The translations under genes were made by a program, and so were the position numbers. From assembly GCA_963846505.1 (NCBI GenBank), contig CAWJWD010000006.1, positions 408,606 through 472,605 of the forward strand: a stretch of DNA of 64,000 nucleotides, read 5' to 3'. The notes below the pieces were generated by a model. It saw nothing but the letters and a program-made list of their open reading frames with translations, made no database searches and was not told the origin of the DNA. Origin of the DNA: an uncultured Thermoleophilaceae bacterium. GTDB lineage: Bacteria; Actinomycetota; Thermoleophilia; Solirubrobacterales; Thermoleophilaceae. Position 1 is the first letter of the stretch. Every line of letters starts with the position of its first letter. Below are positions 56,097-64,000 of this stretch, piece by piece.

Positions 56097-57058
56097 GCCG
56101 CGTCCTGGTCACCGGAGGCGCCGGCACGATCGGCGCGGCGGTCGTGCGTCGGCTCGTGCGCGACCCCGCCTGGGACGTGCGCGTCTCCGACCAGCGCGAG
56201 GCACCGGCCTGGATGCGCGAGTCCTGCGAGGTCCACACCGGCGACCTGCGCGTGGTCGAGGAGGCGGCGACCGCCGTCGAGGGCTGCTCGCACGTGATCC
56301 ACCTGGCGGCGATCGTCGGCGGCATCGCCAACTTCCACAAGCTGCCCCACACGCTGCTGGAGGTGAACACCGGCCTCTACAACGGCGTCTTTCGCGCGGC
56401 GCTGGGCGCGCGGGTCGAGCGGCTCGTGTACGTGTCGTCCTCGATGGTGTTCGAGCGCGCGACCGAGTTTCCGACGACCGAGGAGCACGTCTGGGAGTGC
56501 GCGGCGCCGTGGTCGGCCTACGGCTTCTCGAAGCTCGCCGGCGAGGCCTACTGCCGTGCGCTGCACGACGAGCACGAGCTGCCGTTCACGATCTGCCGGC
56601 CGTTCAACGCCTACGGGCCAGGCGAGGTGCCGGACGCCGAGCCCGGCATCGCGCACGCCGTTCCGGACCTGATCCGCAAGGTGCTGTCGGGCCAGCAGCC
56701 GCTGCAGATCTTCGGCTCGGGCGAGCAGACGCGCACCCTCACCCACGTCGACGACATCGCCGACGGGATCGTCTGCGCGATGGCCCATCCGGCGGGCGAG
56801 AACGAGGACTTCAACGTCTCGGCCTCGGACGAGCGCACCGTCGCCGAGATCGCGCGCGTGATCTGGGAGGCCTGCGGCGAGGACCCGGACGAGTTCGCGC
56901 TCGAGCACCTGCCGAGCTTCGCCGTCGACGTGCAGCGCCGCTGGCCGTCGGTGGAGAAGGCCAAGCGGCTGCTCGGCTGGGAGGCCCAGATCGGGCTGGC
57001 GGAGGGGATCGCGGGGACGGTGGAGTGGCTGCGCGAACGCGAGCCGGCGCAGTCCTAG
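56093..57058 (+). CDS. NAD-dependent nucleotide-sugar epimerase (TviC/WbpP-like partner of the dehydrogenase)
   Basis: GTG 56093 (GTGA overlap). Contains VLVTGGAGTIGAAVV ... YGFSKLAGEAY (YxxxK). Confidence 0.9.
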   Translation: MSRVLVTGGAGTIGAAVVRRLVRDPAWDVRVSDQREAPAWMRESCEVHTGDLRVVEEAATAVEGCSHVIHLAAIVGGIANFHKLPHTLLEVNTGLYNGVFRAALGARVERLVYVSSSMVFERATEFPTTEEHVWECAAPWSAYGFSKLAGEAYCRALHDEHELPFTICRPFNAYGPGEVPDAEPGIAHAVPDLIRKVLSGQQPLQIFGSGEQTRTLTHVDDIADGIVCAMAHPAGENEDFNVSASDERTVAEIARVIWEACGEDPDEFALEHLPSFAVDVQRRWPSVEKAKRLLGWEAQIGLAEGIAGTVEWLREREPAQS

Positions 57059-57070
57059 GAAACCGCCGCG

Positions 57071-57973
57071 ATGGCTGACGGCGTGTTCGTCACCGGCGGC
57101 GCGGGCTTCGCGGGCCGTCACCTGCTCGACCGCCTCCACGCCGGTGCCGACGACGTCACGGCACCCACGCGCGCCGAGCTCGACCTGCTCGACGCCGACG
57201 CCGTGCGCCAGGCCGTCGCCGCCGCGGCCCCGCGCGCGGTCTTCCACCTCGCCGCCCTGGCCTCCGTCGGTCGCTCCTGGGAGACGCCCGCCGCGACGAT
57301 CGACGCCAACCTGCGCATGACGCTCAACGTGCTCGAGGCCGTCCGCGCCGAGGCGCCCGCCGCCACCGTGCTGCTCAGCGGCTCCGGCGAGATCTACGGG
57401 CCGCCGGCGCGGCTGCCGGTCGACGAGGACGCGCCGCTGCGCCCCCAGAACCCCTACGCCGTGTCGAAGGCCGCCTGCGACCTGCTCGGCGGCCAGTACG
57501 CCGACGCGCATGGCCTGCACGTGGTGCGCACCCGCTCCTTCAACCACGCCGGTCCGGGCCAGACCGACGAGTACGTCGTCGGCACGATCGCCCGCCAGAT
57601 CGCCACGGCGGAGCTCGCCGGCGAGCCGGCGCTGCTGCGCACCGGCAACCCCGACTCGGCACGCGACTTCACCGACGTACGCGACGTCGTGCGCGCCTAC
57701 GTCGCCGCGCTGGAGCTGCCGCCGGGCGCCTACAACGTCTGCTCCGGCCGCACCGCGACCGTACGCGAGCTGGTCGAGCTGGCCCGCGCCGCCGCGCGCG
57801 TCGAGGTCCGGCACGAAGTCCACCCGGCGCGCGTGCGCGCCCACGACGTGCCCGAGGTCCGCGGCTCGTCCGAGCGCCTGCGCGCGGGCACCGGCTGGGA
57901 GCCGACGATCCCGCTCGCCCAGACGGTCGCCGACGCGCTCGAGGGCTGGCGAGAGCGGCTGGCGACTCGATAA
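57071..57973 (+). CDS. rmd: GDP-4-keto-6-deoxy-D-mannose reductase-like SDR (Rmd-like)
   Basis: VFVTGGAGFAGRHLL ... YAVSKAACD ... RSFNHAGPGQTDEYVVGTIARQI, which is a Gmd-related short form as in Rmd enzymes. The symbol is given with moderate certainty. Confidence 0.7.
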   Translation: MADGVFVTGGAGFAGRHLLDRLHAGADDVTAPTRAELDLLDADAVRQAVAAAAPRAVFHLAALASVGRSWETPAATIDANLRMTLNVLEAVRAEAPAATVLLSGSGEIYGPPARLPVDEDAPLRPQNPYAVSKAACDLLGGQYADAHGLHVVRTRSFNHAGPGQTDEYVVGTIARQIATAELAGEPALLRTGNPDSARDFTDVRDVVRAYVAALELPPGAYNVCSGRTATVRELVELARAAARVEVRHEVHPARVRAHDVPEVRGSSERLRAGTGWEPTIPLAQTVADALEGWRERLATR

Positions 57974-57974
57974 G

Positions 57975-58008
57975 ACCTGCGGCAACCATGCCTATTTGCA
58001 GGTGTTTT
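57975..58008 (+). terminator. intrinsic-terminator-like hairpin plus T-run after rmd
   Basis: ACCTGC-GGCA-acca-TGCC-tattt-GCAGGT followed by GTTTTCC. A second, weaker GCGC-tagcag-GCGC plus GATTTTCC lies at 58011-58032. Confidence 0.4.
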
Positions 58009-58104
58009 CCGCGCTAGCAGGCGCGATTTTCCGACTTGGCAGGCAAATGAGTTGCGAACGAACCGCGGGGTGCCGCCCGCGCGATCGGCACTCTAACGAC
58101 CGTC

Positions 58105-58163
58105 ATAACGGTAGCTCAATATATGGCACAACGGTAGCTCTTATGCCGTCAGAATGGTAGCCT
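58105..58163 (+). repeat. three direct repeats with an exact 23-bp period (A-AA-Y-GGTAGC-Y-Y) upstream of the AAA/DUF4143 gene
   Basis: ATAACGGTAGCTC at 58105, ACAACGGTAGCTC at 58128 and AGAATGGTAGCCT at 58151. The third copy overlaps a TAGCCT -10-like hexamer 8 nt before ATG 58172. Confidence 0.6.
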
Positions 58164-58171
58164 AGAGAGCT

Positions 58172-59458
58172 ATGGAAGTCTCGGGGCGACCCTATCGCGC
58201 TCGCGTGGTGGACAACGAGCTGGACGAGCTGTCGCGCCAGCTGCCGGCACTTGCGCTCGAGGGACCGAAGGGAGTCGGGAAGACCGTCACGGCCTCGCGG
58301 CGCGCCACCACCGTGCACGCGCTCGACGACCCGGGTCAGCGCAGTCTGGCCATCGGCAACCCGCAGCGACTGCTCGCGGCTCCGCCTCCGGTGCTGATCG
58401 ACGAGTGGCAGTACGTGCCCGAGACCTGGGATCTGGTCCGGCGAAGCGTGGACGCGGGCGCGAGCCCCGGCCAGTTCCTGCTCACAGGCTCTACGTCTCC
58501 CAAGGGGCTGAGCACGCACTCCGGAGCTGGGCGCATCGTGACCGTTCGCATGCGCCCCCTGTCTTTGGAAGAGCGCACCGAAGAGGAGCCCACCGTTCGC
58601 CTGAGCGATCTCCTCTCCGGCAGACGTCCGGATGTCCACGGAAGGACCGAGTGGACGCTCGAGAGCTACGCGAACGAGATCGTCCAATCCGGCCTGCCGG
58701 GCCTCCGCGACTTCTCAGGTCGGGCCCTGCGCGGACAACTCGACAGCTATCTCCGACGGATCGTCGACCGCGACTTTCCCGAGCTCGGACACGAGCTTCG
58801 CAACCCGCCCGCGCTCCTGCGCTGGATGAGTGCCTACGCCGCTGCTTCCTCGACCACGACGAGCTTCGAGAAGATCCGTGACGCCGCCACCAGCGGGCAG
58901 GGTGAGAAGCCGGCAAGGACCGCCACCCAGCCCTACCGGGACATCCTCGAAAGATTGTGGATCCTCGATCCGGTCCCGGCGTGGGCATCGACCCGCAGCC
59001 GCATTCGTCGGCTCACTCTGCCGCCGAAGCACCAGCTGGCCGATCCGGCGTTGGCCGCCCGCCTCCTCGACGTAGACGCGGAAGCCCTGCTCGGAGGTGA
59101 ACCCGCGGGTCCGCGGCTCCCTCGCGACGGCGTCCTGCTCGGCGCGCTGTTCGAGTCGCTGGTAGCGCTCAGCGCCCGTGTCTATGCCCAGGCGGCCGAG
59201 GCCGAGGTCTTTCACCTTCGCACCGGCGGAGGCGAACACGAGGTCGACCTGATCGTGCAGCGTGGCGACGGGTGCATCGTGGCGATCGAGGTCAAGCTGG
59301 CCCGCACCATCGGCGATCAAGACGTGCGCCAGTTGAAGTGGCTTGCCCGCCAAGTCGGCGACGAACTGCTCGACGCCATCGTGGTCACCACCGGCCCGGA
59401 GGCCTACCGCCGCCGGGACGGCATCGCTGTGGTCCCTGCCTCGCTGCTCTGTTCCTAG
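58172..59458 (+). CDS. AAA-type ATPase with a DUF4143-like C-terminal domain
   Basis: LEGPKGVGKT (Walker A), VLIDEWQ (Walker B) and FLLTGS, with a C-terminal EVDLIVQRGDGCIVAIEVK nuclease-fold-like motif typical of this family. Its GC looks visibly lower than its neighbours. Confidence 0.88.
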   Translation: MEVSGRPYRARVVDNELDELSRQLPALALEGPKGVGKTVTASRRATTVHALDDPGQRSLAIGNPQRLLAAPPPVLIDEWQYVPETWDLVRRSVDAGASPGQFLLTGSTSPKGLSTHSGAGRIVTVRMRPLSLEERTEEEPTVRLSDLLSGRRPDVHGRTEWTLESYANEIVQSGLPGLRDFSGRALRGQLDSYLRRIVDRDFPELGHELRNPPALLRWMSAYAAASSTTTSFEKIRDAATSGQGEKPARTATQPYRDILERLWILDPVPAWASTRSRIRRLTLPPKHQLADPALAARLLDVDAEALLGGEPAGPRLPRDGVLLGALFESLVALSARVYAQAAEAEVFHLRTGGGEHEVDLIVQRGDGCIVAIEVKLARTIGDQDVRQLKWLARQVGDELLDAIVVTTGPEAYRRRDGIAVVPASLLCS

Positions 59459-59557
59459 CCCTACGGCGAGCACAGGCTGCTGGTCCTGCGCGGCGAAGCC
59501 GGAATCGGCAAGACGCGGCTGCTCGACGTGGTACGCGCCCCGCGCCCCGCCGACTAG
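59459..59557 (+). pseudogene. 33-codon remnant of a LuxR/AfsR-type NTPase regulator (Walker A fragment)
   Basis: Translates to PYGEHRLLVLRGEAGIGKTRLLDVVRAPRPAD-stop. There is no start codon, and it begins immediately (and in frame) after the TAG of the ATPase gene. Confidence 0.35.
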
Positions 59558-59585
59558 CTGCCGGTTCCGGCCATCGCCCGAGCGA

Positions 59586-60716
59586 TCACGCTCGACGGCC
59601 GACGCAGTCCTCGTACAGCCGCGTCAGCGACTCGATGAAGCGTCGCTCGGCATGCGCGGCGCGCACGCGAGCGAGCAGCACCTCGCCCTCGCGCGCGCGC
59701 TCGACAGGGTTGGTCCAGAGCGTTCGAACGCGTGCTTCAAGCGCAGCGGCGTCGCCAGGCTCGACACAGCGCTGCACGCCGAGCAGCTCCGGCAGGCCGC
59801 CCATGCGCGTCGCGACGACGGGCACGCCGGCCGCCGCAGCCTCGAGCGCAGAGTAGGGGGAGAACTCGTGGTAGCGGGAGGGCATCAGCACCATCGCCGC
59901 TCCCGCGAGCAGTGAGGACATGCGCGCTCGGTCCACCCGGCCGAGGAACTCGACGTCGCCATCGCCGGCTGCCTGAAGCTCCTTCGCCGCCGGGCCTTCG
60001 CCCGCGATCTTCAGCGGCACCCGCGCCCGCGAGCATGCAGCGATGGCGGCGTCGACGCCCTTCTCGCGCGAGAGACGCGAGGTCACGAGGGCATAGGCGC
60101 CCTCGGCCGCTCGGGAGCGCTCGGCGAAGGCCTCGGCCGGCAGGTAGTGCTCGAGCACCGTGAGGCGATCCGCCGGGAGCCCGAGGAGCGCGAGTTGGCT
60201 GGCCGCGTAGCGGCTGGGAGCGACGAAGCGGTCGACGGCGTCGAGCACGCGCGGCTGGTGCAGCGCGAGGGCGGTCGCGTAGGCGGCGGACTCGGGCAGC
60301 GAGCCGCGGCAGTTGAGCACCGCGCCGGGCAGCGTCAGGCGGTGGTGGCAGCGAAAGCAGGGGCCGCCGTCGCGGGAGGCGACGCCGATCGCGCAGAACA
60401 GGCGCAGGTTGTGCAGGTGCAGGACCACCCGCGCACCGGTCTCCCCCGCCGCCTCCAGCCCGCGCGGGCCGATCAGCGGTTGCATGTTGTGCACGTGGAC
60501 GACGTCCGCGCCGCGGGCGGCGGCCGCGAGCGCCGTGGGATCGTCGCCGCCACGCAGCAGGGCCGCGGCGGCGGCGGCCTTGCCGACCTCGGTCGAGCGG
60601 CGCTCGTAGAGATCGTGGTCGATGCCGGCGTCGGCGAGTGCCTGCAGCTGCAGGTCGACCGAGCGTTCCTCGCCACCCTCGACCCGGTAGCGGTTGTGGA
60701 CCACGAGCACGCGCAT
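59586..60716 (-). CDS. glycosyltransferase family 4
   Basis: ATG 60716. Contains MRVLVVHNRYRVEGGEERSV ... PSRYHEFSPYSALEAAAAGVPVV. Confidence 0.9.
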   Translation of the reverse strand: MRVLVVHNRYRVEGGEERSVDLQLQALADAGIDHDLYERRSTEVGKAAAAAALLRGGDDPTALAAAARGADVVHVHNMQPLIGPRGLEAAGETGARVVLHLHNLRLFCAIGVASRDGGPCFRCHHRLTLPGAVLNCRGSLPESAAYATALALHQPRVLDAVDRFVAPSRYAASQLALLGLPADRLTVLEHYLPAEAFAERSRAAEGAYALVTSRLSREKGVDAAIAACSRARVPLKIAGEGPAAKELQAAGDGDVEFLGRVDRARMSSLLAGAAMVLMPSRYHEFSPYSALEAAAAGVPVVATRMGGLPELLGVQRCVEPGDAAALEARVRTLWTNPVERAREGEVLLARVRAAHAERRFIESLTRLYEDCVGRRA

Positions 60717-60837
60717 CGGACCGGGCAACGCTACCTGTGCCGAGACCTGGCAGCGCACGCGGACCGCGGGCAGCCCCGGCCGCGCGGCAATGCGGGTGCG
60801 AAGCCACGCGCCGCGGCGCAGTTACGCTTGCGCCGCG

Positions 60838-61725
60838 ATGGCGGCAGACTCCCCAGCCACGGACTCGGCACCGCTCGTCAGCGTGGTCGTACCGACGCGC
60901 CGACGGCCGGAGTACCTGTGTGTGACGCTCGCCTCGCTGCTCGATCAGGAGACCGACGCGCCCCACGAGCTGCTCGTGATCGACGACGGCCCCGACCCCG
61001 AGACCGCCGCCGTGGCCGCCGCCGCGGGCGTGCGCTGCCTGCCGACCGGCGCCGGGCACGGGCTCAACGCGGCGCGCAACGCCGGCCTGCGCGCGGCCGC
61101 CGCGCCGCTCGTGGCGTTCGTCGACGACGACGTGCACGCCCCCCCGAGCTGGCTTGGGGAGCTCGTGGCCGGCGCGGCCCGCCACCCCGAGGCGGAGGCC
61201 TTCGGCGGACCGATCCGCGCCCGCTTCGAGGGCCATCCGCCGCGCGGCTGCGGCCGCGAGGACCCGCCGATCACGACGCTCGACCTCGGCCCCGAGGATC
61301 GCGAGGCGGAGATGGTCTGGGGCGCGAACGTGGCCGTGCGACGCTCGGCGGTGGAGCGGATCGGGCCGTTCGAGGAGCGGCTGCGCCGCGGGCATGGCGA
61401 CGAGGAGGAGTGGCTGGAGCGGCTGCGTGCCGCCGGCGGCACGATCGTCTACCTCGCCCACGCCGGCCTCGACCACCGCCGCGCCCGGGGCGACGCGCGC
61501 CTGCTGCCGCTCGCCCGTGCCGCCTACCACCGCGGTCGCGGCGCTCGCGCCAGTGACCGCCGTCGCGGCCGCGCCCCCTCCGTCGCCCACGAGCTGCGCG
61601 TGCTGGCCGGCTGCGGCTGGCACACCGTCCGCCGAGGCTGTCCCCAGGGGATCGTGATGGGCGCCCACGCCGCCGGCCGTGTCGCCGAAGCGGTCCGTCC
61701 CCGACCGGCCCTCGATCCCGGATGA
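60838..61725 (+). CDS. glycosyltransferase family 2
   Basis: ATG 60838. Contains VSVVVPTRRRPEYLCVTLASLLDQ ... LVIDDGPD ... FVDDDV. Confidence 0.88.
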   Translation: MAADSPATDSAPLVSVVVPTRRRPEYLCVTLASLLDQETDAPHELLVIDDGPDPETAAVAAAAGVRCLPTGAGHGLNAARNAGLRAAAAPLVAFVDDDVHAPPSWLGELVAGAARHPEAEAFGGPIRARFEGHPPRGCGREDPPITTLDLGPEDREAEMVWGANVAVRRSAVERIGPFEERLRRGHGDEEEWLERLRAAGGTIVYLAHAGLDHRRARGDARLLPLARAAYHRGRGARASDRRRGRAPSVAHELRVLAGCGWHTVRRGCPQGIVMGAHAAGRVAEAVRPRPALDPG

Positions 61726-62687
61726 GCGGCGAACGGCCCCACCGCTCCCCCGCAGACCGTGCCTCGCCGGACAGAAGCGCCGACGTGGAGGACGCTCCGC
61801 CGCCCACGGCCGCCGACCTCGCGCAGGATGCTCCACGGGGCGCCGATCCCGCCAGCTTCCTCTCCGGCGACGCCGGCGACGTGACCGCCCCCTGGCGGCG
61901 GCTGAAGCGGTCGCTGGGTGAGCGCGGCTTCGACCTGATCGACGCTGCGCGCCGGATCCACCGGCGCGTCGAGCGCATGGCCGACGAGCAGGCGCCGCTG
62001 CGCGTGCTCGTGCTCGGCGTCGTGCGACCGGGCTCGCTGATGGCGGCGGCGCTGCCGGCGCTGCGCTCCGAGCGCCACGACGTGACGTTCTCGCTCGGCG
62101 CGATCGGTCAGCCGGACGCCGAACTGCGCGACCAGACGCTCGTCTCGGGCCTCGGCGGCGGGAAGTTCGAGAACCTCAACAGCCTGCTCGCCGCCGGCCC
62201 CGACCCGGCAGGCTTCGACTGGCTCGTCGTCAGCGACGACGACCTCGCGCTCCCAATGCGCTTCCTCGACCGCTTCCTCGCCCTCTGCGAGCGCTTCGAG
62301 CTCGACCTCGCGCAGCCGGCCCAGACGCTCAGGAGCCACTCCGCCTGGAAGGTCACCCGCCGCCGCGCCGGCTCGCTCGCGCGCGAGACCCGTTTCGTCG
62401 AGATCGGCCCGCTGACCGCCTTCCGCATGGCGAGCGCCGGCGCCGCCTTGACGCCCTTCCCGGCGCTGCGCTTCGGCTGGGGGCTCGACCTGCACTGGGC
62501 CGCGCTGGCCGCCGAGCGCGGCTGGCGCCTCGGCGTGGTCGACGCCACGCCGGTGCGCCACGAGACCGGCCTCGTCGCCGCCGGCTACTCGCACGACGAC
62601 GCGATCGCCGAGGCCTCGGCCTTCCTCGCCGAGCGACCGTACCTGCCGGCCGCCGCGGCCGGCGACGTGCTCGCCGTCCACCGCTGA
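61722..62687 (+). CDS. hypothetical protein, possibly GT-A-like (DDD motif), with a disordered N-terminus
   Basis: ATGA overlap with the GT2 stop. Contains GGGKFENLNSLL ... FDWLVVSDDDLALP ... LDLAQPAQ. It resembles DUF707-type proteins only from memory. Confidence 0.7.
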   Translation: MSGERPHRSPADRASPDRSADVEDAPPPTAADLAQDAPRGADPASFLSGDAGDVTAPWRRLKRSLGERGFDLIDAARRIHRRVERMADEQAPLRVLVLGVVRPGSLMAAALPALRSERHDVTFSLGAIGQPDAELRDQTLVSGLGGGKFENLNSLLAAGPDPAGFDWLVVSDDDLALPMRFLDRFLALCERFELDLAQPAQTLRSHSAWKVTRRRAGSLARETRFVEIGPLTAFRMASAGAALTPFPALRFGWGLDLHWAALAAERGWRLGVVDATPVRHETGLVAAGYSHDDAIAEASAFLAERPYLPAAAAGDVLAVHR

Positions 62688-62784
62688 GGCCGGCGGGGCG
62701 TCGGACCGAGGCCCGCTGCGGCGACGATCGGCTCTTCGTCGAGCGCGGTTGCGCGCGGGGCGCCTCGCTGACAGGGTTCGGCTC

Positions 62785-64000
62785 ATGCGTGGCGGGGTCA
62801 TGTGGCGAGCGGTGGCGATGACAGCCGGCCTCTGCGTGCTCTGCTGGCCGCTCGACGGCGCGCAGGCCGGAAAGCCGGCGCGCAGCCTGCCGACCGTCGG
62901 CGGGACCGTCTGGGTCGACGCCGACCGCGACGGCCTGCGCGACCGGGGCGAGCGCGGAGCGTCGAAGGTGCGGCTGAGCCTGCAGCGCGCCGCCAAGCGA
63001 CGCGGCAGGCTCGTCTACCGGAAGGCGGCTCAGACGACCAGCGGCAAGGGCGGGCGCTGGTCCTTCAGGCCCACCGAGGCGGGCACGTACCGGGTCGAGG
63101 TGGCGCTTCCGAGCGGCTACGGCGGGTTCTCGCCCAAGCGACGCGGACGCACGCGCACGCTCGACTCGGACGTGCAGCCCAGCAGCGGCCTCACACCGCG
63201 GGCGACGCTCGCGCGCGGCGGCAAGGCGGTGCGCTTCGACGTGGGTCTGCTGCCGGCCGCCGCGTCGGGGCCGAGCCCAGCGCCGCCGGCGCCCTCGCCC
63301 AAGCCGTCGTTCCAGATCGGCGGCATCGTCTGGCGCGACAACGGCGACGGCTATCGCGACTCGATCGAGACCGCTCGCCCAGAGAGCACCATCGAGCTCT
63401 GGAGCGCGGACGGGTCCCAGCTGCTCACCAGCACGACCACCGACGCCCTCGGTGCCTGGAAGCTGACCGTGCCCGGCGGCATCGACTACCGCGTGCGCAG
63501 GATCGGGAGCAACAGCTACTCCGAGCTCGCGCCAAAGGACCAGGGCGGCGACGACACGCGCGACTCGGACTTCAACCGCAGCGGCCCCCACAAGGGCTAC
63601 ACGGACGTGATCGCGGCGAACACGGGCAGCCTCAGCCTCGACGCCGCGGCGACGACGCCCGCCAGCATCGGCAACCTCGTCTGGCGCGACACCAACCAGA
63701 ACGGCCGGCAGGACGCGGGCGAGCCCGGGGAGCCGAACGTGACGCTCGAGCTCTGGGACTTCAGCAAGACCGAGCTGCTCGACGTCACGGTCACCGACGC
63801 CGGCGGCGTCTACCAGCTGACGGCGCCCAGCGGCGGCCAGGCCTACCGCGTGCGCGCGCTACTCCCCGCCGGCACCGCCTTCGTGCCCAAGAACGGCAGC
63901 CTGGACGATGGGCTCGACTCCGACGTCAACCCGAGTGGTGTCGATGCCGGCTACACCGACGTCATCTTCACCGCAACCAACCTGATCTCGGCCCCGGGCT
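62785..64000 (+). CDS. secreted protein with at least 3 SdrD-B-like (Cna-B-type) repeat modules; 3' end outside the window
   Basis: It is absent from the ORF track because no stop occurs before the window ends. I translated frame +1 by hand from ATG 62785 to 64000 and found no stop. The signal peptide is MRGGVMWRAVAMTAGLCVLCWPLDGAQA. Modules start at about 62899, 63316 and 63667 (GGTVWVDADRDG, IGGIVWRDNGDG, IGNLVWRDTNQNGRQDAGEPG). Each ends in a DSD-x-N motif. Confidence 0.85.
   Translation, partial: MRGGVMWRAVAMTAGLCVLCWPLDGAQAGKPARSLPTVGGTVWVDADRDGLRDRGERGASKVRLSLQRAAKRRGRLVYRKAAQTTSGKGGRWSFRPTEAGTYRVEVALPSGYGGFSPKRRGRTRTLDSDVQPSSGLTPRATLARGGKAVRFDVGLLPAAASGPSPAPPAPSPKPSFQIGGIVWRDNGDGYRDSIETARPESTIELWSADGSQLLTSTTTDALGAWKLTVPGGIDYRVRRIGSNSYSELAPKDQGGDDTRDSDFNRSGPHKGYTDVIAANTGSLSLDAAATTPASIGNLVWRDTNQNGRQDAGEPGEPNVTLELWDFSKTELLDVTVTDAGGVYQLTAPSGGQAYRVRALLPAGTAFVPKNGSLDDGLDSDVNPSGVDAGYTDVIFTATNLISAPG

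Noticed and set aside
57988-58160. Small ORFs in the rmd-ATPase spacer (9-aa MPICRCFPR and a 38-aa ORF starting at ATG 58047) as a possible antitoxin or regulator
   Set aside because: They have no SD, no HTH or other motif, and atypical codon usage. The region is better explained by terminator hairpins and repeat elements.
58105-58163. Possibility that the 23-bp periodic repeats are a mini CRISPR array
   Set aside because: There are only three copies of a 13-nt core with 10-nt spacers. No cas genes or leader are present, and the array sits directly on a promoter. It is treated as an operator- or iteron-like repeat instead.

Overview
This is a high-GC window (about 70% or more by eye), and the gene content looks actinobacterial. 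Three regions stand out.

**1-19.7 kb: housekeeping genes.**
- An AraC-family regulator tail, a VOC/glyoxalase protein and tRNA-Thr(CGU).
- holB and tmk, split by an opposite-strand membrane protein, followed by an SDR epimerase.
- The nrdR-nrdJ operon, preceded by two candidate NrdR boxes.
- A GH18-motif protein, an LLM oxidoreductase, a reductase-type SDR, an aldo/keto reductase, typA and an orphan family-5 solute-binding lipoprotein.

**19.7-62.7 kb: one roughly 43-kb cell-surface glycan locus.**
- About 16 glycosyltransferase ORFs, 3 methyltransferases and a pyruvyl transferase.
- Three export routes: a Wzm/Wzt ABC exporter and two Wzx-type flippases.
- Three nucleotide-sugar branches: gmd plus an rmd-like gene, rfbF/rfbG plus a C-methyltransferase, epimerase and reductase, and a TviB/TviC-like pair.
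- A polyprenyl-phosphate GT2 paired with a large GT-C-like membrane protein.
- A lower-GC AAA/DUF4143 ATPase inserted behind periodic direct repeats.

**62.8 kb to the end:** a secreted SdrD-B-like repeat protein that is missing from the ORF track because it has no stop in the window.

**Most interesting observations.**
- A predicted CDP-3-C-methyl-6-deoxyhexose (vinelose-like) pathway.
- A Wzt with a C-terminal binding-type domain, flanked by a coiled-coil GT and a coiled-coil methyltransferase. This suggests capped, ruler-controlled chain termination.
- The GT-C-like/polyprenyl-phosphate GT2 pair.
- A duplicated reductase+GT2 module.
- Five otherwise intact genes each broken by what looks like a single extra base.

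I found no CRISPR array, transposase, integrase or recognisable defence system. All function calls rest on motif recognition by eye. No database search was run.
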